From Eledone cirrhosa (Eukaryota): a DNA stretch of 64,000 bases. The position numbers and the translations under genes are program-made. Below are positions 10,765 through 19,724 of the stretch, piece by piece. The stretch's first letter is position 1, and every line of letters starts with the position of its first letter. The notes under the pieces were generated by a model. It was given only the letters and a program-made list of their open reading frames with translations, had not been told where the DNA came from and searched no databases. The stretch lies in assembly GCA_964016885.1 (NCBI GenBank), contig OZ024740.1, positions 434,620,001-434,684,000 on the forward strand, read 5' to 3'.

Positions 10765-10920
10765 GTATCCTTCTACCATCTCAGTTCCAGTTCTATAAAG
10801 ACTGACTTTTCTTCCATGTTATCAACCAACCCAAAACAGATTGTTTAAATATTAACACTACCAAAATTTGAAATTACACTTTCATTAACACCTTACATTT
10901 TACAGAAGCACTTGGCATAT

Positions 10921-11235
10921 TACCATCATTTTTACCCCCGTCTTGTCTATAAAACCCCATCACTTTTACCTCAGTCTTCTGTATAACAGCCCATCACTTT
11001 TACCTCAGTCTTCTGTATAACACCCCATCACTTTTACCCCAATCTTCTCTACAACACCCCATCACTGTTACCTCAGTCTTCTCTATAACACCCCATCACT
11101 TTTACTTCCATCTTCTGTATAACACCCCATCACTTTTACCTCAGTCTTTGGTATAACATCCTATCACTTTTACCCCTGTCTCTATAACACCCCATCACTT
11201 TTACCCCTGCCTTCTCTATAACACCCCATCATTTT
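10921..11235. repeat. Degenerate ~34-bp minisatellite (~9 copies)
   Basis: Unit ATAACACCCCATCACTTTTACCTCAGTCTTCTGT; copies start at 10983 and 11017. Confidence 0.9.
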
Positions 11236-11550
11236 GCTCACTATGATCCCTCTGGGACCACTGACCTAGGATGACCCCAGTCTCATCAAGCAAGAAGAAG
11301 ATTTTGAAATAGAAAATCTTTAACATGTTACTATAAAGACCATAAGTGTAATTTATATAATGGCTAAAATTAATATTTCTAATTCCGAATTATTTTTAGA
11401 GTTGGTGAATCAGAAAATATATTTGATTAATAAAAAATATATTTGATTAATAAAAAATAAATATATTCTATTTTGAAACATTTTATTAAACTTTATATTT
11501 TCACAAAGTTGGTAATAGAGGGAACAGGGGTGGGTGGGGTAGATAAGAGA

Positions 11551-11660
11551 TGGGGTTAGACTCCAGATAGAAGGGGCAGGGGGGTTAGACTCCAGATAGA
11601 TGGGGCAGGAGAGTTAGACTCCAGATAGAAGGGGTAGGGGGTTAGACTCCAGATAGAAGT
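11551..11660. repeat. G-rich ~29-bp tandem repeat (4 copies)
   Basis: Unit GGGGTTAGACTCCAGATAGAAGGGGCAGG. Confidence 0.85.
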
Positions 11661-12196
11661 GTAACCCATGTAAGCCTGGAAAATAGATGTTAAACAGTAA
11701 TGTTGTTGATGATGTACCAAATATCTAAATTTAGATAGAGGTTAGAAACTCTCAGGAGAGCTGGACAGTAGGTCTTTATAGAAGAAACCCCCTCAAGCGA
11801 GTGTTTTGGTCCTTAACTTGATAAAATGTGTTACTAAATTTAAATAAACCTCTTTAAGAAAGCTGCAAGATATCTCTTCCATATTATAACTGGTTTCTTA
11901 GTGTTTATTGCCATAGATGATTTGTCATAATTTTCTTAGAGGACTTTGATAATATTTTTATGACTCAAAGAGAGAAAATAGAGGAAGAAAGCACAACTGG
12001 TTAGACAGAAGATCAAATCTGATAACATGGAACAGGGTCAACATTGTTGAATGGTTACAAGGTTTATATGGTAGTGTTAAACTGACAGATTAACTGAACC
12101 ACATAATGTTTTGTGTTGTCATCATATTTGTAATGTTTAATTTTAGGTTTTGAAAATCCATCTCAGAATTGTATTACTTTCCTTAATGAGTACAAG

Positions 12197-12296
12197 ATAC
12201 CTCGCTACAATGGGCCAACCTGAGACCTATCGTAATATTGTCAATGTTAGCCATGGAATGAAGAATTTGTCTAGAGTTTACTGTAATAACCAGAAT
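12197..12296 (+). CDS. SLC44A: CTL/SLC44A exon D
   Basis: acaag|A TAC CTC...AAT|gtaagt; YLATMGQPETYRNIVNVSHGMKNLSRVYCNNQN matches the SLC44 'YLATSGxP' motif. Confidence 0.88.
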
Positions 12297-12657
12297 GTAA
12301 GTATTCATAATGTTTGGTTAAATTGCATCTAAAAGATCTTTTCATTGAATTCTGCCAGAAGTTGTAACTGGTAGATAATATCAGCAAAGGAAAGAACAAT
12401 GAAAACATTGTTTTGTTGGTCATATTTGACAAGTTCCACTCCATTTGGTAAGTGGTCTGGGATCTTGTCAACCAAACTTTGCTATTTCCTTGAAGACTTG
12501 CAGATTGTAAGACACATGAAGTGAATGATCAGCTTCAAAACATATATACCTGTATTTGTTATTGATTATATTATTGATTATAACATATAACCTTGTACAT
12601 GTCATTGATTACAACATATATACCTGTACATGTTATTGATTAAATTCTATATATAAT

Positions 12658-12990
12658 GGAGGCACATGGCTTAGTGGTTAGAGCATTGGCTTTGCAATCG
12701 AAAGGTTGTGAGTTCAATTCTCAGACCGGGTGATGTTATTTCCTTGAGCAAGACACTTTATTTCACATTGCTCCAGTTTACTCAGCTGTAGAAATGAGAT
12801 GATAGGGACTGGGGTCCCTATCATTCCACTGCAAACTGGTTGTGGAGGTGCCATGGCAAAAAGCACCCAGCACTCACTGTAAATGAGGTTGGTGTTAGGA
12901 AGAGCATCCAGCTGTAGAAATCAAGCCAGAATCAGTTCCCGTCGCACCCTTGCAAGCAGGGAAAAAGGGGATGTAAAATGAAATGAATGG
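12658..12990 (+). mobile_element. tRNA/CORE-like SINE (family A) with RTE-type 3' tail
   Basis: 12658-12825 is nearly identical to 8641-8810; it then continues into aagcacccagcactcactgtaaatgaggttggtgttaggaagagcatccagctgtagaaa, shared with the RTE 3' UTR. Confidence 0.85.
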
Positions 12991-13084
12991 ACTATAGAAC
13001 CTTTATGTATTGAGTACTTTAGTGTTTACACACATGAACTAATACAAAGATCAGTGGAATATATACCGTACTTAAAAATAATAA

Positions 13085-13195
13085 ACTATGTGTTAGTATT
13101 AGAAAGAGCATGTGGTTGTAGAATACTGCCTCAAAATGTTTCATACAGCCCATGCCAACATGGAAAAGCATATGTAAAAACGATGATGATGATGT
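13085..13195 (+). mobile_element. Degenerate SINE/RTE 3' tail fragment
   Basis: ttagaaagagcat..tgtagaa...cccatgccaacatggaaaag...gatgatgatgat. Confidence 0.6.
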
Positions 13196-13224
13196 ATTGT
13201 AGTATATATAATTTCTCCCGTGTA

Positions 13225-13300
13225 TAATAATAAAAATTGTGTACAGTGCTCAGGTGCACTACAACTAATCAAAAGTGTATGTATAGTACATAAGTATGTA
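13225..13300 (-). mobile_element. Short CR1-like 3' end fragment
   Basis: attgtgtacagtgctcaggtgcactacaact..tcaaaagtg.atgtatagtacata matches 63076-63132. Confidence 0.6.
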
Positions 13301-13814
13301 ACCACTTAACTATGAAGTAGAATATTTAACCTGCCTTGTGTGAGAGTTGTTACCATGTAAAACCTTGTAAGATTTTTACATTGAGTTGTTGCAGAGATGA
13401 ACATTGTCTTTCATTCTTTTGGGATTGGTAAAATAACTGTTTAATGTAGTAGACTTGTTAGACTATTGGACAAAATACCTTCAGCTATATGTTCCAGATC
13501 TTAGTTATATTGAGTTAAAATCCTGATGTAACTTACTTGAGCGGTAGACTTAATCCATCCTTTAGTTTAACACCCTCATTTCGCCCATTGGTGTCTTTAG
13601 CAAAGCCTGCTCTGTTGGAAGCATTTAGGCTAAACGGTTAAACGGTAGTAATAATATAATTTTCTGAGCTTAACATAAACAGTTTAACCTCACAACTTTT
13701 GTTCTTCCATACTTAGTTTAACCTCACACTGTTATTTCATACTTATAGTTTTTGTAAATCTTAAATAATTTTGTTTATATATTTTTTCTTTTGTATTTTT
13801 AAAAATTGTTTTAG

Positions 13815-13864
13815 GGTGAATTTATCGAAGATATGTGTGACTTTGTTCACTATGGTGATAGTAA
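13815..13864 (+). CDS. SLC44A: CTL/SLC44A exon E (50 bp)
   Basis: ttttag|GGT...AGT AA|gtaagt; GEFIEDMCDFVHYGDSK (CxFxxYG loop). Its phase 0 start and phase 2 end bridge exons D and F. Confidence 0.8.
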
Positions 13865-15762
13865 GTAAGTATAAACCAATTCTTGTATCTTGGATATTTA
13901 TATTATCTAAATCCTTATTTGCTCAATTCCACCAAATAAATAAACAAAACTTTAATTACAATATATTTATATCATGGGACTCTCAGTTGTGATAAAGACA
14001 ACCTCTCCTGAGCACTCCTCGGTAGGTGAGACTGTACATAAACGAGACAGATCCCTAACTTGTCTGGGAGATCAGTAGCCCCACTTCAGTACTGACTTGG
14101 TCTACGTAGACCTATCTAACCTTCGCTAACAGGGAGAGTGGATGTTGAAAGGATGATAACATATTTTAAACTTATCTAAATACAATGTAGAAAACTGACA
14201 ATTTAAAAGTTGTTACACTTCTAAAGATTCTGTCCAGAGTTGTGACTAGTAGATAGTAACAGTAATGGAAGGACCAATGGAAACATTGTTTCCTTGGTCC
14301 GATTTGATGAGTTCCACCACATCTAAAGATATAACTTAGCAATACAGTAAAGAAATAAACTTAATCTCAAATTTTGTTTTGCTTTCTTCAAGAAAACTTT
14401 ATCACTCTCTCAGACTATATTATAGAAATAACTGCATAAATTTAGTGTTGCTATGTTGCTAATCATCATTAGTGTGTGTGATGTCGGCATTGGTTAGCTA
14501 GGTTTACTACACCTTTAGTGGAACATCTTGCCATTTCTATTTGCCCTGCTTCAGGCAATAGTTCTTTCTTCCTTTCCTCACCGCTACCGCCTCTTCATTA
14601 TCCCTGACTTCTGATCCTCTTCTATAACCCCTCCTTTCTTAGCGTCTCCCTGATTATTGTTTCGTAATTGGGTTTTGAGGAAGAAAAATTAGTCTACAGT
14701 ATAGGTAAATAAATAAATAAATATTTAACAAAATCTAACGAACTAAGGGAAATAACTGAATTGAAGTAGTAAATACCAAACAAGAAAACAAATCTTAACG
14801 TCAATTGTCAGTGATTCTGAGAGATAAAGGGAGATAACTTGCATGTCCTGAGTATGAAGTTAGGTGAGAGCATCATTATTTATCTCCATAGCAACCCTGA
14901 GTAGTGATAGGATCACTGGAATTCCAACCATAACCATAATAGTTCTTGGAAGAGCGATTCTGGTTGAGAACAAGTCGAGGTGACTGATAGCAATACAGTG
15001 ACCAGATATGGCTAGTTGCGATATAAGTGGGCTCCTGTTGGACAAATAAGCCAGGACCAACAATGGTAAACTAAAGGAGATGGAGAAATGGGTGATACTG
15101 TTAGCTCTAAACCTGTTACAACCCAGTAATATAGTATATAGTCATATATTTACTTTGCTATCATCATTAAAAAATTGTATGTAAAACTAAAAAAAAAAAA
15201 AAAAAAAACATTTAAAATAGTTTTGAGAGAATCCACTCCCATTTTCAATTAAGGATAAGTATACCTATGTCAAATGTGATCTGTTAATGAAAGTGTAATG
15301 TGTATATATAGAGAGATGTACAAATGAAAGCATCTCTCTTGTTTATTATTATTATATATTACATAATAGTTTAACAATAATAACAAAAGCAAGTTATTTT
15401 ACCTACCTAATAGCCAATGGAACCAATCAGCAGATCTCACTACATTCTAACAGATTACAGTTCTAACTACGGTAAAGACCCTACCACAAAAGGTAGACCA
15501 CATTGTATGTATATATATATATATATTGAGATCGGGGAGACCACTAATCTTGGGAGTTTTCAATGCATGGGGAGATGCAGAGTGGGTAGAGAGATATGTA
15601 AAATTCTGACCTGGCACTGTGGTCAAGATTTTACATCTATCTCTCTCTCTGTATATATATATATATATATATAATAGTAATAATAATAAATTTGAAGACT
15701 AAAATCCAAAGAGGGCTCAATAAGGATAAATATATATCAAATATATAAGAACCGTAGAGCAA

Positions 15763-16747
15763 ATATTTGTTAAAATAACAGATTAAGTTTAAGCAAAGAA
15801 TCGCTGCTTTCACCCTTAACAGGATCTTCTGAAACTAAAAAAATCAATCTGTAACGCAGAAGTAAATATTTCGGAAAACGTTGCAACCGAAGGAAGACAG
15901 GAAGACGATACTTTGGTTCGTGGAAACGTTCCCTGGCAAAGAACGGAAAAAACGAAGATAATACGTCATTAATAGGAGCGGTGAAAAACAAATAAATACA
16001 TGCAAAGACAAAACCACGTTTATGGTAAATGAAGTCGTAGACTAATATTCTTTTAGGTGGTTCGTGGAGACGTTCTCTGACAATGAACGGAAAAAACGGA
16101 GAAGATAATACATCATTATGTGGAGCGGTGAGAACAATTACGCGCAAAGACAAAACCACGTTTATTGTATAACAGAAGTTGTAGACTAAAATTCTATTTA
16201 GGAAACCGAATGATTCCTGGCTTCAGAGTTAAGAATAAATAAATTACAGAGGTAATTGAAATTAAATATATACATGCACGCATCCATATACGTACATACA
16301 CATGCATATTCGAAAACACCTGCCATGGGTATGCAAATACAAGCAGGTACCAAAAAAATCACGCACGCACATACAGAACCCACGCAACGCCTGTACATTA
16401 TCTTCTTTGTTTTTTCCGTTCATTGCCAGAGAACGTCTCCACGAACCACCTAAAAGAATATTAGTCTACGACTTCATTTACCATAAACGTGGTTTTGTTT
16501 TTGCGTGTATTTATTTGTTTTTCACCGCTCCTATTAATGACGTATTATCTTCGTTTTTTTCCGTTCTTTGCCAGGGAACGTTTCCATGAACCAGAGTATC
16601 GTCTTCCTGTCTTCCTTCGGTTGCAACGTTTTTCGAAATATTTACTTCTGCGTTCACAGATTGATTTTTTTTAGTTTCAGAAGATCCCGTTAAGGGTGAA
16701 AGCAGCGATTCTTTGCTTAAACTTTAATCTGTTATTTTAATAAATAT
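15763..16747. mobile_element. Non-autonomous foldback/long-TIR DNA element (~350-bp inverted arms, internal ~145-bp tandem subrepeat)
   Basis: 15763-16110 is the near-identical reverse complement of 16396-16747; TTAA at 15770-15773 and 16737-16740; no transposase. Confidence 0.85.
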
Positions 16748-16854
16748 ATATGAGAAGACTTAAATCTAATTATCCCATCAATCTACCATAATTTTGTGAA
16801 AATGTTTCAAGCAATTGTTATTTATTGATAATGGTGATATTCCTATATTTTCAG

Positions 16855-17031
16855 ATATGCTGTTGTCTTTGAGCTGTTTCTTGCCTTCATGGTATTTTGG
16901 TTAGTTAGTTTTGTTACAGCTCTCAACCAAATGGTACTTAGTGGTGCTTTTGCAAGTTATTACTGGGCTTACAACAAAAAGTCTGATATACCGACATTCC
17001 CAATTCTGGCTTCATTTGGCCGAGCTATCAG
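16855..17031 (+). CDS. SLC44A: CTL/SLC44A exon F
   Basis: tttcag|...AG|gtaaga; YAVVFELFLAFMVFWLVSFVTALNQMVLSGAFASYYWAYNKKSDIPTFPILASFGRAIR contains the hallmark 'GAFASYYW'. Confidence 0.95.
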
Positions 17032-17149
17032 GTAAGATCTGTTTTAACCAATATTTCAATATTTCTATGTTACCATTTCTATATGGAACTGATTCAGTGT
17101 ACTTCTAAACCACTGATGTACAATCTTTGACAGAACATTACACAAGTCA

Positions 17150-17365
17150 ATAATTAGGGGTCAATAGTATATAATTAGGGGTTAGTAGTATATAATTAGG
17201 GGTCAGTAGTATATAATAATTAGAGGTCAATAGTATATAATAATTAGAGGTCAATAATATATATAAAATTATGAGTCAGTAGTATATAATTAGGGTCAGT
17301 AGTATATAATTATGGGTCAATAGTATATAATTAGGGGTCAATAGTATATAATAATAATTAAGGGA
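17150..17365. repeat. ~21-24-bp AT-rich minisatellite (~9 copies)
   Basis: Unit AATTAGGGGTCAATAGTATAT. Confidence 0.88.
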
Positions 17366-17439
17366 GGGGTCAATTTAATGAACTACACACATTTCGCCAA
17401 AATGTGTGCCCTGCTATCTTTGTTATCCTGCTTTGCAGC

Positions 17440-17600
17440 ATACAGTTATAGCCCTTTACATTCTGAGTTCAATCTAGCCAATATTAGAGTTGCTTCTCAT
17501 CCTTACAGGGTTGATAAAATAAAGTACCAGTAATACACTGGTGTCAATTTAATCAGCCTGCCCTCATTTTCTGGCCTTGTGCCTAAATCAGATACAATAA
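17440..17600 (+). mobile_element. Degenerate family-B SINE
   Basis: gccctttac..tctgagttcaa...catccttacaggggttgataaaataaagtaccagt...ctggccttgtgccta. Confidence 0.7.
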
Positions 17601-17626
17601 TTATTGGTGTTATTTTTATTATTTAG

Positions 17627-17755
17627 ATACCATCTTGGTTCTCTGGCATTTGGATCCCTCCTCGTTGCTATTGTTAAGTTTATTAAACTCATCCTTGAAT
17701 TTATCAACGCCAAACTGAAGGATTCGAAAAACAAAGTGGCCAAGTTTATGATGAG
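17627..17755 (+). CDS. SLC44A: CTL/SLC44A exon G
   Basis: atttag|...AG|gtatgt; YHLGSLAFGSLLVAIVKFIKLILEFINAKLKDSKNKVAKFMMR contains the hallmark 'YHxGSLAFGSL'. Confidence 0.96.
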
Positions 17756-17944
17756 GTATGTATAAAATATATCTTAAATGTGTTTATATATCAAATATGT
17801 GTGTGAAACAGAAATAGAACAAGTTATTTGTCACTAATATACAGGACATGTCAATGAAAAGGTAACTAAAACTAAATCAGAGAAGTTTAAGTTATGCCAA
17901 AGACTCCATTGGGTGGAATACAATAAAAACTAATACAAGAGAGT

Positions 17945-18325
17945 TTCTTCTTCCACTTATTCCTGAGAAGATTGTTGGGGCAGAGTCCTCAAACACTCCT
18001 TCCAGTGGGTCCTGTCAGAAGCAGACATCTCCAACTGATTCGGCTGGATCCTCAAGTGAGACCAACCAAGCTCATGGATGTTATCCAACCATCTTGCTCG
18101 GGGTCTACCCCAGGGTCTCCTGTTGGTTAGTTTTGCCCATAAAATCTGTCCAGTGATTCTTTCTTGAGACATTCTAACCACATGTCCATAGTATTAGTTG
18201 TGATCTCTCAGTTCGGAGAAGTAGAGGCTCTACCTGGAGTGACTCTCTCATCTCTGAGCTACGTACTCTATTGGGTAATGTTACTCCTAACACCCTTTGG
18301 AGGAACTCCACTTCGGCTGCTTGTA
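17945..18325 (-). mobile_element. Decayed RTE 3' fragment (same family as 7502-8185)
   Basis: Minus-strand remnant VRMSQERITGQIL...RPWGRPRARWLD; (GAA)n-like end. Confidence 0.85.
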
Positions 18326-18424
18326 TTTGCAACCATTTTTTTCAAGAAATCGTTGGAAGTTTATTGTTGTATGAATATATCACATTTAAAAAGAAAGTGT
18401 ATGACGCTATCGTATCGTTATCAA

Positions 18425-18655
18425 GGATGGTGAACTGGCAGTAATCAGTAGAGCGTCGGACATGTTTTGTGGCACAGAGTTACGGCCCTTTACGGTCTGA
18501 GTTCAAATCCCACCGGGGTTAACTTTGCCTTTCATCCTTACGAGGTCGATAAAATAAAGTACCAGTCATGCACTGGGGTCGATTTAATCGACTTTCCCCT
18601 CCCCGAAAATTGATGGCCTTGTGACTATATGAGAAAGCATTATTATTATTATTAT
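18425..18655 (+). mobile_element. tRNA-derived SINE family B, near full length; central domain resembles the Meta/MESC type
   Basis: A-box tggcagtaatcagtag, B-box gagttcaaatcc, core gcctttcatccttacgaggtcgataaaataaagtaccagt, (ATT)n tail. Confidence 0.82.
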
Positions 18656-18672
18656 TTCTCTGTATTATTTAG

Positions 18673-18742
18673 GTGTATGTACTGTTGTTTTTGTTGTCTG
18701 GAAAACTTTCTAACGTACCTCAACAAAAATGCTTACATCCAG
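18673..18742 (+). CDS. SLC44A: CTL/SLC44A exon H
   Basis: tttag|...CAG|gtaaat; CMYCCFCCLENFLTYLNKNAYIQ matches the hallmark 'CCFWCLEKFxxxLNRNAYI'. Confidence 0.96.
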
Positions 18743-18882
18743 GTAAATCTATATTTTTCTACATGGAACTTATTTTATTCTTTAAACCTTTCATGGTTGC
18801 ATTGCTAATGAAATACATTTATCTTAATTAATGAAGAATTTTGAGGAATTTACTAAAATTCTTCCATTATTAACTTAATGTT

Positions 18883-19075
18883 AAGGCAGTGGATTGGCAG
18901 TATCGGTAGAGGGTCGGACGCCATGCTTTGCAGCAAAGAGTTACGGCCCTTTATGGTCTGAGTTCAAATCCCGCCGAGGTTAGTTTTGCCTTTCATCCTT
19001 ACGGGGTCGATAAAATAAAGTACCAGTAATACACTGGGATAATTGCTGGCCTTGTGCCTAACGTAGAAACAATTA
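18883..19075 (+). mobile_element. tRNA-derived SINE family B
   Basis: Homologous to 18425-18655. Confidence 0.82.
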
Positions 19076-19151
19076 GTAACTTAATGTATTTCCTATGAAA
19101 TATTTGTTTTATTTGCAGTAATTTTTTATACAACTTTCTTTTTAATTTTAG

Positions 19152-19225
19152 ATTGCCATTCATGGTAAAAGCTTCTGTGTCGCAGCAAAGAAAGCGTTTT
19201 CTCTGATTATGCGTAATCCTCTCAA
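19152..19225 (+). CDS. SLC44A: CTL/SLC44A exon I
   Basis: ttttag|...AA|gtaatt; IAIHGKSFCVAAKKAFSLIMRNPL matches the hallmark 'AIxGxxFCxSAKxAFxLxMRN'. Confidence 0.96.
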
Positions 19226-19724
19226 GTAATTGATCATTAATTAATCATTTCTGTATGAGTTAATAAGGGAGTCTCTATATTGTTGTTCAACCTGCTAGAG
19301 ATGACAGGGGCAGTGTTGTTAGTCAAGATTAAAAGATGAGCTAGAGGTTGATACTACTGTAGCTATCAACTTCATTGCTTTTATGTCCACTTTTCCAGGC
19401 TGCTATCAGTTAGATGTCTGAAACATTGTTTTACAACCAAATTAATTTACCGATGTCAACTCATTTAGTCGTTCCTTGCTACACACATGGAGACTATTTG
19501 ACTATTCTAAAAACCGAGATATACACCATATTGTGTGTGTGTGTATATATATAGAGAAATATATGAGAATGTTAGATGAAAAATGGTAATATGACAGATT
19601 AAGCTACTTCAAGAAACTTTGATAGAGTGTTTCAATATGATATTAGAATGAAATGAAATGATTTTAGTTGTTAACTAAAGAAAGATATATTAGACATGGA
19701 GAAATAACATTAAACTGGCAACTC

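Larger units (their letters stand above)
10765..12196 (+). other. U12-type (minor spliceosome) GT-AG intron
   Basis: 5' splice site GTATCCTTC; branch point TTTCCTTAATG at 12178-12188, ~10 nt before the AG at 12195-12196; no polypyrimidine tract. Splicing restores WITSAI-YLATMGQP in frame. Confidence 0.88.

Noticed and set aside
12147-12189. Alternative exon using the U2 acceptor at 12146 (GFENPSQNCITFLNE)
   Set aside because: Weak donor, no SLC44 similarity and phase-incompatible with exon C; the U12 acceptor at 12196 gives the conserved YLAT motif.
15770-16674. Mirror-image ORFs on both strands (RERLHEPPKRILVYDF...)
   Set aside because: A by-product of the inverted arms, with no transposase motifs.
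8517-19075. tRNA genes at A/B-box motifs (8525, 8650, 12665, 18435, 18893)
   Set aside because: No cloverleaf; each continues into a repeated SINE body.
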